From contig NW_021823904.1 of the NCBI RefSeq assembly GCF_006345805.1, positions 1 through 20,597 on the forward strand: a stretch of DNA of 20,597 nucleotides, given 5' to 3'. Below, in pieces: positions 9,200 to 20,540 of the stretch (its first letter is position 1; the number at the start of each line of letters is the position of its first letter). Source of the DNA: Octopus sinensis (Eukaryota). The notes beneath the pieces were generated by a model that saw only the letters and a program-made list of their open reading frames with translations, searched no databases and had not been told where the DNA came from. The translations under genes and the position numbers were made by a program.

Positions 9200-9631
9200 T
9201 GGAACTGTATTGATCCTGATTGTTTATCGAATCTAATTGATCGCTATAACATCTTAAAAGGTAGCCTGTTAACTTATGCAGACAGATGCTCAGAGAATAT
9301 TGCCGCATCCCACCTTGCTTGCATATGTGACAGATATGTCATTGATAACAGATTATTTAAACTCCATGGGACAGTATGATATGTACCAAATTAATCAACC
9401 GAAAGAAAAAAAGGCAATTTCTTACAGATTTCATTTAACCATGAATTCGTCGTTAGGAACAATCAACAAAAGCTGTAACAGTGTGTTGTTTTACAGAAGT
9501 TAGGAGAAATTAACAACGACAAAGCTAGCGCACTTTTGGTAGTGTTTGTGTCGGTTGTAGGTGCAAGGAAGAGATTGGCATGCAGGAGAGAGAAAAGGGT
9601 GCACGGTGTCTAAAAGCAAAGACTGTCTTAG

Positions 9632-9778
9632 GTGGAGGCGCGTGGCTTGGCGGTTAGGGTGTTGGACCCACGATCGTAAGATTGTGGTTTCCATTCCTGG
9701 ATCAAGCGATGGGTTGTGTTCTTAAGCAAAACACTTCATTTCACGTTGCTCCAGTCCGCTCAGCTGGTGAAATGAGTT
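9632..9778 (+). mobile_element. SINE family B, head and body
   Basis: gtggaggcgcgtggcttggcggttagggtgttgga...cacttcatttcacgttgctccagtcc. Confidence 0.88.
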
Positions 9779-10237
9779 TAGCCTAGAGAGGGGCGGGCTC
9801 CGTCAGACTTTTTCGCCCTCGATACGCTGCGTGGCTGCAGCGCCCCAACGACCCCCAAGGGGTTAAGGAATTTGTCAAGTGTCAGTTTACTCTTCCGGCA
9901 TGGAACCGGGTGAAAGAGAAAGAATTTTTATATAGTGTTCTGTATCTGTACGTGTTGGAAAGCTAGATATTGGTCAAAGAACAATGGAAAGTGAATGTGT
10001 TATCTTTGTTGATCTGATATTAACATCAGATTTCCAGGAAAATCCTGAAACTTATCGAAATATTATACTTGATTCTCGTGAATTTCTAAGTGGCAATGAA
10101 TGCCGAAAAGAATACGAAACAATTTAGAAGAAGAATGCAGAAAATGAATTGCTTCATCGCTTTTCCGTTCTGAGAGTTTGTCAAAAACGAACGATACTTG
10201 GAAAAATTCCAGAAACGTGTCACTTATGTGGGTCACT

Positions 10238-10251
10238 GTTGAAAACCACTG
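10238..10251 (-). mobile_element. Possible hAT-Charlie/SPIN-type terminal inverted repeat
   Basis: Reverse complement is CAGTGGTTTTCAAC versus SPIN/Charlie-type CAGTGGTTCTCAAC. No partner TIR found. Confidence 0.35.
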
Positions 10252-10290
10252 GTTGAAACTAAACAATATTATTGTTTCCTTTGCAAGAGA

Positions 10291-10513
10291 GGCGAGCTGG
10301 CAGAATCGGTAGCATGCCGGGCGAAATGCGTAGCCGTATTTCGTCTGCCGTTACGTTCTGGGTTCAAATTCCGCCGAGGTCGACTTTGCCTTTCATCCTT
10401 TCGGGGTCGATAAATAAAGTACCAGTTACGCACTGGGGTCGATCTAATCGACTTAATCCGTTTGTCTGTCCTTGTTTGTCCCCTCTGTGTTTAGCCCCTT
10501 GTGGGTAGTAAAG
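10291..10513 (+). mobile_element. SINE family D, full monomer
   Basis: ggcgagctggcagaatcgg...gggttcaaattcc...gtttagccccttgtgggtagtaaaga. Confidence 0.92.
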
Positions 10514-10523
10514 ATACAAATAT

Positions 10524-10848
10524 CGTAGGATCGCGGTTTCGATTCCCAGACCGGGCGTTGCGAGTGTTTATTGAGCGAAAACACCTAAAGCTCCACGAGG
10601 CTCCGGCAGGGAATGGCGGTGATCCCTGCTGTACTCTTTCACCACAACTTTCTCTCATTTTTACTTCCTTTCAAAGGGCCGGCCTTGTCACTCTCTGTGT
10701 CACGCTGAATATCCCCGAGAACCACGTTAAGGGTACACGTGTCTGTGGAGTGCTCAGCCACTTACACGTTAATTTCACGAGCAGGCTATTCCGTTGATCG
10801 GATCAACCAGAACCCTCGTCGTCGTAACCGACGGAGTGCTTCCATCCA
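10524..10848 (+). mobile_element. SINE family A, 5'-truncated, tail type 3
   Basis: Shares the body of the 3845 copy up to actttctctca.tttt.cttcct, then a different tail: gggccggccttgtcac...cgttaatttcacgagcaggc...gtcgtaaccgacggagtgc. Confidence 0.85.
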
Positions 10849-11118
10849 TCGAATGTACGGGTATTCTTTATATATAGACTCAGAACACTTAACCGAACTT
10901 CTGAGTTCGAATCTTGACCAGACCTCTTTATGACATCAGGTTTCAGGCAATGGAATGCAGCCAGGCGGGGCCACCGTCTTCAAGGATTTATAAGCGATCA
11001 TATTGACCCTATCAATCTCTGTTGAAGGGTCACATCACCTATTCACGAAAAGAGATGCAACTCCACGCACGGTCCCAACACCATCGGGTAATTTTTTTTT
11101 TCGCCAAAGGATCACGCC

Positions 11119-11121
11119 ACA

Positions 11122-11185
<64 letters not shown>

Positions 11186-11246
11186 ACACACACACACACA
11201 CCAAGCTAGTTTCAGTTTCCGTTTACCACGTCCACTCACAAGGCAT
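11119..11246 (-). repeat. (CA)n tract abutting a family C head fragment
   Basis: CA run 11119-11200 followed by tttcagtttccgtttaccacgtccactcacaaggc, the reverse complement of the C head end. Confidence 0.85.
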
Positions 11247-12317
11247 AGAATATAGGCGAAGTGTTAAAACAAAAAGAATATTTGATACTGGTGGTTACGG
11301 AATTTAAATTTACAAAGGTAATGTTGATTGTTTTAACCGAAACAACAACATTCTAGACGGTTGACACAAGAATTCATATTTATAATTATAATTATAATTC
11401 TATACAGCTCTACACAACATGGTGTACTCCAGGGATGTGGTTTAGACCGTTGCTTATTTACATTTGATGTAAGATGTACGAAGACGATAAAGCAACATTA
11501 TACCAATTCTATGGAGACGTTCATCTTTGAATAATTGATATGTTTGCATAGTGGCTCATTTTTAGCAAAATATTTCCTTTTATGGACATAACTAAACTAG
11601 AAAGTGAATTGATAAGAAGAATTATCTTTAATGAAGACGCACCGCGTTCGAATTCGATTTGAAGAATACAGATCCTCTCAGACTTTGCTGATAGAATATT
11701 CCCAAGTAGTTGGAGCGAACTTGCTAATTTCAAAAATATAACATCCTCCATACGTACGTACATTAAATATGTGTGTATAAATGTATATGTATCTATGTAT
11801 ATAAACCAATGTGTGTGTATAAATATACATGCATACACGTATATATACACGCATATATATATATATACATACATGTCCAGGTTCCATCTACAAAATCCCA
11901 GTCACAAATTATTGTTCAACTCGCGGTTCTAATGGAAAACACTTGGCCGTGATGCCACTTAGAAGAATCTAACCACGTGACTGCAAAAGAAACATATTCT
12001 GCGCAACAATGCTAACAACAATCTTTTTGTTGATGGCCCTTCCATTGGTTTTCGCCAATCTTAGGGGCCCCGAAGAACGAAAAACAAAACAAAATAAAGC
12101 AAAAAGGAGTCAGAATATGAACAAAAAAAAAAGCTGAGAGATGAGAGATGTCGACTGCTTCAAGGTTTTTCTGATTAAATAATAATTGTAGGCAGCCATC
12201 TTAGAGTGCTCCCAACACCGGATGGAGCATTTGTCACGTGGTTCTAAGGGTTTCAACTTTTATTCTGCGCCTTTCTCACTATCAAGCTATCCCTTTATGT
12301 ACACCCTCCTCCACACG

Positions 12318-12673
<356 letters not shown>

Positions 12674-12780
12674 GTATATTCGCTTTATCTCTTTCTCCAT
12701 GTTCACTAATTTCATTTGTTGAGCGTCGAAGTTACTGAAGCGAAGAACGAAACGGAGGAGTGGATGTGGTGGGCGAGGCT

Positions 12781-12904
12781 GGAGAGAGAGAGAAAGGGAG
12801 CGAGAGGAAGAGAAGGGGAGTGAGCGATGTAAGCGAGTGAGTGGAAGGGAGAGATAGATAGAGAGAGAGAGAAGGAGAGGGAGAGGGAGATAGAAAAAGA
12901 AAGG

Positions 12905-12932
<28 letters not shown>
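12781..12932 (+). repeat. Imperfect (GA)n tract
   Basis: Direct reading. Confidence 0.95.
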
Positions 12933-12935
<3 letters not shown>

Positions 12936-13106
12936 TACCCGGATGTAATTCTAGCTCGACAATTCCAAACAACTCGTCTCAGAGACTCCCGCATTCCTCT
13001 GGAATTCATCGAAACCATTCTTTTGACTTCTTTTCACTTGAGCTGGTTTGTAGAGACTTTTCTCTCTCATTCTACCTCTCTCTCTGTTGCTCCCCCTCTC
13101 TCTCTT

Positions 13107-13337
13107 CGTATATGTATGTGTATAAGTATTTCGTGTGTATATATATGTATGTATACACGTATATATATATATATATATAATATATATATATATATAATAT
13201 ATATATATATATATGTATATATGTGTATGTGTGTGTGTGACTGCGTGACTATGTGCGATTTTCTTATGTATGTATGTATGTAAGTATGTATGTATGTGCG
13301 TATGTGCGTATGTGTGTATGTATGTGTGTATGTGTGT
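13107..13337. repeat. (TA)n/(TG)n/(TATG)n compound microsatellite
   Basis: Direct reading. Confidence 0.95.
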
Positions 13338-14106
13338 ATGTATGTATGTATGTGTGTAATGTTTTGTGAGAGCCTCGGCATGTGTAATGCATGTTTAATC
13401 TTTCTCTGTGCATAATGTATTAGGAATGTAGGGATCGAGTACGAATGCCTTGTGGTATTAATCCTGTCCTTATTTCAAATCCCACTACTCTTTGCCTTAT
13501 CTTTCATCATTTCGAAGTCACTGAAATCGAGGTCAGGGACCTCTTAGGGGTAGTATTGTTCGGGTGGGTGGAGGACGAGATGCCATGTGGGTGGTTCTTC
13601 CGACACTTTACCGTCTGTGATTCCAGAAGTGCTGGGCCGTGCCGGACCCTTTCCTTTTCCTTGGACAACATCTATGGTGGAAAGGGCCAGGGAACACATT
13701 CCTTCGATACGGAAAAACAGAAGTGGGGAAGTCAATCTTCTGATACCCCGTTTTATTATTCGCTGCTGCTCTTCACAAAAGATGTACCCAGGCCCGCCAA
13801 TATATTTCAGTGCTTCTGATTTAAGTTGTGGGGTGCCAACAGACAGAAGAAAATTACCTGTCGAGCTTTATTAAAGAAGGGCAGCGGAGTTATCTTCACG
13901 GTGGACTTGATCGATGGCGAGATCCTGTACGAATCCATAGGCTTTTCGGTTTAATTCCACAAATCAACAATTCCCAGGCACTGAACAAGTACGGACACAG
14001 TGATTCCGTTGCTCTGCGCATATCTCTGATAGTCCTGCTCGATAGAAATCTCTTGTGAATACAGTCTGTCTTGATCTAGTGGTGCTACTCGACATTGCGC
14101 GGACAA

Positions 14107-14531
14107 GGTTGTCGAATGCACTTTTGCCGAAGGACAAGAAGCCGAAGTCAAGAAGCCGAACGGACACAATGCCCAACGGACATAATGCCGAACGGACACA
14201 ATGATAGTAAAAAAATTCCTACCTACATAGTTTAATGACCAATTCACCAATTTGGACCTTAATGTTTAACGAGATTAAATTTTCATTTTCGATTGTCTTT
14301 TTGGCATCTTGTCCGTTCGGCATTGTGTCCGTTCAGTTTTATTTCCGTTCGGTATTGTGTCCATTTGGCTTCATGTCCATTCAGCATTCTGTCCGTTCGA
14401 CATTGTGTCCATTCGGTATTGTGTCCGTTCGGTATTGCGTCCGTTCGGCTTTATGTCCATTCGGCATTGTGTCCGTTCGACATTCTGTCCATTCGGTTTC
14501 TTGTCCTTCGACAAAAGTGCCTTTGGTATCC
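14107..14531. mobile_element. Foldback-type non-autonomous element with TIRs made of 16-bp subrepeats
   Basis: Left GCACTTTTGCCGAAGGACAAGAAGCCGAA (14118-) is inverted to right TTCGGTTTCTTGTCCTTCGACAAAAGTGC (-14520). Three units of AACGGACACAATGCCG on the left; 12 units of GTCCGTTCGGCATTGT at 14311-14502. Confidence 0.8.
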
Positions 14532-14659
14532 CGTCCAGTGCTGCCAGGCTGAGGATTTCTGGAAATTCAGCCACAGTGGCCGTCCCAGAAGTCGTCCAAA
14601 ACAGACAAACCAGTTGATTCTGGTGGGTGCCAAGTGTTTAGACACACAGCCAGCAATTT

Positions 14660-14750
14660 TGAGGGAGGAGTTGGTCGCTTGCCTTAACTCCAGTACTTTA
14701 TTGACCCCAGAGCGATGAAAAGCAATGTTGACTTTGACGGGATTTGCACT
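14660..14750 (-). mobile_element. Old SINE family D fragment
   Basis: agtactttattgaccccagagcgatgaaaagcaatgttgactttgacgggatttgcactc aligns to the reverse complement of the D core. Confidence 0.7.
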
Positions 14751-14894
14751 CATTTACAAACACACACACGCATACACACATATGGGTCACGGATCTGGGG
14801 AGGGTGGTTATGATGGCGATGCTAGTGGAGGGTGTTGTCACAGAAATAATATTAATAAAACAATTTGTATTTACTCGCAAACAACTCCTCCTCT

Positions 14895-15335
14895 TCTGTA
14901 TATACAGAACCTTATACACACACACACACACGCACACATGTAGGATCCTCCCCGTATACACACACATAACGAACCTTTTCCTATATAGACACACCACAGA
15001 ACTTCTCCCATATGAACACACATGCATAACTCGCCTTGTCTTATATACACACACATATAGAGAACCTTTCCCTCTCTTTTTCTCTCTCCCTTTCTCACAG
15101 ATACACACACACGCACACACGCACGCACACACACACACACATATACGCACGCACACTCGCACGCACACACACACACACACACACACAGAGGACTTTCTCC
15201 GACAGACACAAATACACGCACACATACACACAAACACACACACACACACGCACACACACGCACGCACATACGCACACTTACACACACACACACGCGCGCA
15301 GAGGACTTTCTCCGACACACACACACACACCAAGA
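14895..15335. repeat. CA-rich tract with a recurring non-CA core
   Basis: Exact CAGAGGACTTTCTCCGAC at 15186-15203 and 15299-15316, with related cores near 14903, 14970, 14997 and 15060. Confidence 0.75.
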
Positions 15336-15982
15336 GAATTCCCCTCCCCTTCTCCTCCTCCCCCTCCACCAATCTCACCCCCAACGCTTCAGTACTCCTT
15401 CAACCGCGTCGTCAGTCTGGTTTCATTTTGACAGGAACAGGTTTTTAAAAAAAACCAACCGAACCTCTTCATTTAAAGTAGACAAGATTAAATTCCTGTC
15501 CCCGAGAGACTAATCTGTCAGTCACTGGACCGTGTCGATATATCATCGTCTTCAAAATTATCTGAATTAGTTCAATATTGGAAAATTGATGACATTCAAC
15601 CAAGCTTTTTCAGGGTGGCCGACCTACACTCAACGGCCGTTTCTTACCCCGCTCCATCACTTTGCTTATAATTATCTCGAACGCAATAAATTCCTTCTTG
15701 GTGAGAATAAACATGTTAACAAATTCATCATTTTATTAATTCACATGTGTTGTGTGTTTGTTAATTACTATCGTTTAATTATCGTCGTAAGAATATCCGG
15801 TTCTCGAGAAACCAAAATTCTTTAATTAGTTGTGTACCAACCTTTTGTGGCTCAGTTATTTCGAAGCTGTTCCAGATTGGATGAAGACTGAAAACCAGAA
15901 TCAAAGCAGCCCTTCCCCTCCCCTTAACCGACAACTTTTAACTGCGAAATTCTTCAACAAGTGTTTTGTGCTTTTGTTTACA

Positions 15983-16403
15983 GGCGTAGGAGTGGCTGTG
16001 TGGTAAGTAGCTTGCTTACCAACCACATGGTTCCGGGTTCAGTCCCACTGCGTGGCACCTTGGGCAAGTGTCTTCTTCTATAGCCTTGGGCCGACCAAAA
16101 CCTTGTGAGTGGTAGACGGAAACTGAAAGAAGCCCGTCGTATATATGTATATGTATATATGTGTGTGTGTGGTGTGTGTGTGTGTGTATGTGTATGTGTC
16201 AGTGTTTGTCCCCCCCCCAACATCACTTGATAACCGGTGCTGGTGTGTTTACGTCCCTGTAACTTGGCGGTTCGGCAAAAGAGACTGATAGAATAAGTAC
16301 TAGGCATATAAAGAATAAGTCCTGGGGTCGATTTGCTCGACGAAAGGCGGTGCTCCAGCATGGCCGCAGTCAAATGACTGAAACAAGTAAAAGAGTAAAA
16401 GAG
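15983..16403 (+). mobile_element. SINE family C, full length
   Basis: Same architecture as 4578-5011; internal microsatellite 16141-16205; tail (GTAAAAGA)2. Confidence 0.92.
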
Positions 16404-16444
16404 ATATGTATTTTTGGTTTGTCTTTAGTTATTATTGTTTTCCT

Positions 16445-16532
16445 ATCTTTTACATGATTCAGTCAATAGGTTACGTCCATGCTGGGGCACCGCCTTGAAG
16501 AATTTTTAGTTGAATGAATTGACCCCAGGACT
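16445..16532 (-). mobile_element. SINE family C-type 3' tail fragment
   Basis: ccatgctggggcaccgcctt...gaccccaggact is the reverse complement of the C tail. Confidence 0.8.
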
Positions 16533-16822
16533 TTTTGCTTTTGTAGCAGAGGCGTGGGATACTTTCATTTTCTTGTAATGTCAGAGATTCTTGTCAGTGT
16601 GCTGTTTTAGATACGGGAGAATTAACTCACCATTTTTTAACATTGAGTCACATGACCCCGTACTTTGCCGAATTAGTTGCAGGTATTGGTCAGTTTTAAC
16701 TGTCCAGTCGTGTGTTTGCAACAGTTTGTTTCCAGTGTGGTGGGGAAAAAAAGCATCTCATACCAGTTTCATCCGGTCTTGGTCTTTGGATCGGCAGCCA
16801 TTGACCATACACCACACCCATT

Positions 16823-16973
16823 ATATACGACGGGCTTCTTTCGATTTCCATCTACCAAATCTACTTTGGTCGGCCTGAGGCTTATATAGTAGAAGATATT
16901 TGCCCAAGTCGCCACGCAGTGGGACTGGACCCGGAACTATGTGGTTGGTAAGCAAGCTACTTACCACTCCTGC
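16823..16973 (-). mobile_element. SINE family C head
   Basis: acgacgggcttcttt...gcccaag..gccacgcagtgggact..acccggaac.atgtggttggtaagcaagctactt. Confidence 0.88.
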
Positions 16974-16977
16974 GGCT

Positions 16978-16994
16978 ATATATATCTATATCTA

Positions 16995-17058
<64 letters not shown>

Positions 17059-17071
17059 ATCTATCTATCTA
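16978..17071. repeat. (TATC)n microsatellite
   Basis: Direct reading. Confidence 0.97.
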
Positions 17072-17846
17072 TCTGTCTGTCTGTAGACATATATATATGT
17101 GTGTATGTATGTAAGTATATGCGTGTGTGTTAGTGTATATACACAGATGCACACGTACACACATACACACACACACACACACACACCACACACACACACA
17201 CACACACATTTATATGCGTCCATGTATATGCTTGGTCGTCTGCGTATTTCGATATTTCGCTCTCCGCTCGCTTTCTTCCTCTCTCTTTAGCACATTCCTC
17301 TACAGAAACCAGATAGCTGTGTGCAATCTGTCAGAGAGAGACACCATGCTGACTCCACTCTGACAAATTCCTTAGATCTCATTTATAATCAGATTCTTTT
17401 GTCCTTCCTTTCTTTCCTTTCTTTGTTCCTTCTTCTTTTTCTTTTTCAGTGGAGGTGGTCGTGGTGGTAGTGGTGATGCTTATTATTGGCGGTTAAATCT
17501 CCGTATCCCATCTCCCTCCGTCAGTTTTCTTCTATTCTTGATGAACTAACTTCTGACTTAGACGCAAGCCAGACCAACCTCTGATGTACTTGCGGCGAAG
17601 AAATATATATATTGTTGGGCTTTTGTGAATGGCGAAGTTGTGAAAAAACAAACGAACAAAACAGAACTAAACGAAACAAACAAACAAGCAAATATATGAA
17701 ATCAAAATAAAATAACGACCAGTTGAAACTAAGTCCGCTCACCAGACGACAGGGGAAGCGTATGCATGTGTGTGTGCGCGCAAGTGTGAACGCTATAAAT
17801 CATACACACAGACGCACACAAATACGTGTGTGCTAGTGTGTGAGAG

Positions 17847-17890
<44 letters not shown>

Positions 17891-18145
17891 CTTGGATAAC
17901 CCCAATTTATCTCTCCTACAGCAAGACACCTTTTTCTGCCTCTCTGTCCTTGTTCAGTCTCTATTTATTTGGCACAGGAGCAGCCCCATCTGTATTATTC
18001 CTCTCTCCCGCTCAGTCGAAGAGTTTTGTCTTGTGAGTTATTTTGGGGGACCTCACTGGTGCTGGTGCCATATGGAAAACACTCAGTAAACTCTGTGAAG
18101 GGACCAACATTAGGAAGAATGTTCAGCCGTAAAAACACGAACGCA

Positions 18146-18900
18146 GACCTCGGCGGAATTTGAACTCAGATCATGAAGACAGACAAGATACTTGGTGGTA
18201 TTTCGCCCGTCGCTACGTTCTGAGATCAAATTCCGCTGAGGTCGACTTTGTCTTTCATCCTTTAAGGGTCGATTAAGTAAGTACCAGTTACGCACTGGGG
18301 TTGATATAATTGTCTTAATCCGTTTGTCTGTCCTTGTTTGTCCCCTCTTTGTTTAGCCCCTTGGGGGTAGTAAAGAAATAGGTATTTCGTCTGCCGCTAC
18401 GTTCTGAGTTCAAATTCCCCTGAGGTCGACTTTGCCTTTCATCCTTTCACGGTCGATGAAATAAGTACAAGTTAAACACTGGGTCGATGTAGCCGGCTTA
18501 TCCTCTCCCCCGAAATTTCGGGCCTTGTGCCTATAGTAAAAAAAAAAAAAAAAAAAGTTATTTTTTTCTAACACACAAAGCAGTGGGCTGGCAGAATCGT
18601 TAGCAGCCGGACAAAAGGCTTAGCGGCATTTCGTCCGCGTTTACGATCTAATTTCAAATTCCTCTCAGAGTCGATGAAATAGATACCAGCTAAACACTGG
18701 AGTCGATATAATCTACTACCCACTTTCCCCAAATTCCCAGGCCTTGTGCCTAGAGTGGAAAGGATTATTTTCCAAACACACATTCTGAGTTTTAATTCCA
18801 CCGAGGTCAGCTTTGCCTTTTGACCTTTCGGAGTCGATAAAATAAGTACCAGCTGAATACTGGTGTCAATGCCATCACCTTACTCCCTTCCTTGAAACTA
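18146..18900. mobile_element. Cluster of family D SINE pieces: minus fragment 18146-18195, headless tandem dimer 18197-18540, copy 18584-18770, fragment 18783-18900
   Basis: Repeated gttctgagttcaaattcc..gaggtcgactttgcctttcatcc core. Confidence 0.85.
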
Positions 18901-18957
18901 CTGCAAAATCTGAAATCATTATTTTTCTAATACCCAAACCTGAGGTACAAATTTTAA

Positions 18958-19371
18958 CAGGAGTGGCTGTGTGGTAAGTAGCTTGCCTACCAAACACATG
19001 GTTCCGGGTTCAGTCCCACTGCGTGGCACCTTGGGCAAGTGTCTTCTACTATAGCCTCGGGCCGACCAAAGCCTTGTGAGTGGATTTGGTAGACGGAAAC
19101 TGAAAGAAGCCTGTCGTATATATGTATATATATATATGTGTGTGTGTGGTGTGTGTGTGTTTGTGTGTTGTCCCCCTAGCATTGCTTGACAACCGATGCT
19201 GGTGTATTTATGTCCCCGTTACTTAGCGGTTCGGCAAAAGAGACCGATAGAATAAGTACTGGGCTTACAAAGAATAAGTCCCGGGGTCGAGTTGCTCGAT
19301 TAAAGGCGGTGCTCCAGCATGGCCGCAGTCAAATGACTGAAAGAAGTAAAAGAGTAAAAAGAATAAAGAGT
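18958..19371 (+). mobile_element. SINE family C, full length
   Basis: Same architecture; internal microsatellite 19118-19168. Confidence 0.92.
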
Positions 19372-19905
19372 AACTGTTACTTGGGATCGAACCAGCTTTC
19401 TTTAGACGAAATAATTCTGACAAGCAAACAGATTCGATAGCTGCCGTGGTCAAAATAAATTCTGATTAGAAATTCAATGCCAAGCTCTGCTACAAGAGAA
19501 AAATATCTGCAGGGCTCTTGGTGAAGATTAATAAAACCAACTTGACTGTGCAGCGTAGTAATATGAAAGATGTTGATTCTCTGCAAAATTTGCAGAGATT
19601 CCACCAAGATCTGAAGAAATATTAATAAGATAGATAATTAAAATGACGGTGGAAATTAACATCAAAGGGTTTCGTCGATAAATAACAAGGAGGAGGAGGA
19701 GGGGTCGGGGTCTGCGGCAGGACGCTTTTCTAATCATTAAGTGATATTTCTTTTGCGGTTATTTCAAGATCTGAATGAACGGAAGGAAATAAAATTACGA
19801 GAAAATATAGCGAATGATGCCGAGCAGAGGACAAACTGAGCGTCTCGCGTTCGATCTCGGTTCCCGGCTTTGCTGTTTTATTTCGGTTCGCCTTATTTCC
19901 CTTTA

Positions 19906-20540
19906 GTGGAGGCGTGTGGCTTAGTGGTTAGGGCGGCGAGCTGGCAGAAACGTTAGCACGCCGGGCAAAATGCTTAGCAGTATTTCGTCTGCCGTTATGT
20001 TCTGAGTTCAAATTCCGCCAAGGTCGACTTTGCCTTTCATCCTTTCGGGGTCGATTAAACAATAAGTACCAGTTACGCACTTGGGTCGATATAATCGACT
20101 TAATCCGTTTGTCTGTCCTTGTTTGTCCTCTCTGTGTTTAGCCCCTTGTGAGTAGTAAAGAAATAGGTATTTTGTCTGCCGCTACGTTCTGAGTTCAAAT
20201 TCCGCCGAGGTCGACTTTGCCTTTCATCCTTTCGGGGTCGATTAAATAATAAATACCAGTTACGCACTGGGGTCGATATAGTCGACTTAATCCTTTTGTC
20301 TGTCCCTTCTGTGTTTAGCCCCTTGTGGGTAGTAAAGAAATAGGTTAGGGTTTCAGCATCATGATCGAAAGATTGTGGTTTCGATTCCTGGATCGGGCAA
20401 TGCGTTGTGTTCTTGACCAAAACACTTCATTTCACGTTGCTCCAGTCCACTCAGCTGGCAAAAAGGAGTAACACTGCGATGGACTGGCGTCCCGTCCAAC
20501 TGGGGAACACATACGCCATTGAAATCGGGAAACCAGTAAG
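19906..20540 (+). mobile_element. Family B SINE interrupted by a family D dimer (19935-20342)
   Basis: B head stops at GGTTAGGG (19926-19933) and resumes at GGTTAGGG (20343-20350), an 8-bp target-site duplication around the D dimer. Confidence 0.88.

Noticed and set aside
14311-14502. Regular short-repeat array resembling CRISPR, and its ORFs
   Set aside because: Units are contiguous 16-mers with no unique spacers, the context is eukaryotic, there are no cas genes, and the array is explained as foldback subterminal repeats.
16611-16682. 72-bp AG..GT-bounded segment (TGELTHHFLTLSHMTPYFAELVA)
   Set aside because: The splice signals are weak, no domain is recognisable, and it lies between SINE fragments; this is chance level without RNA data.
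19575-19601. Near-perfect palindrome TCTCTGCAAA-A-TTTGCAGAGA
   Set aside because: Isolated 10-bp arms with no repeat copies or functional context; plausible by chance.
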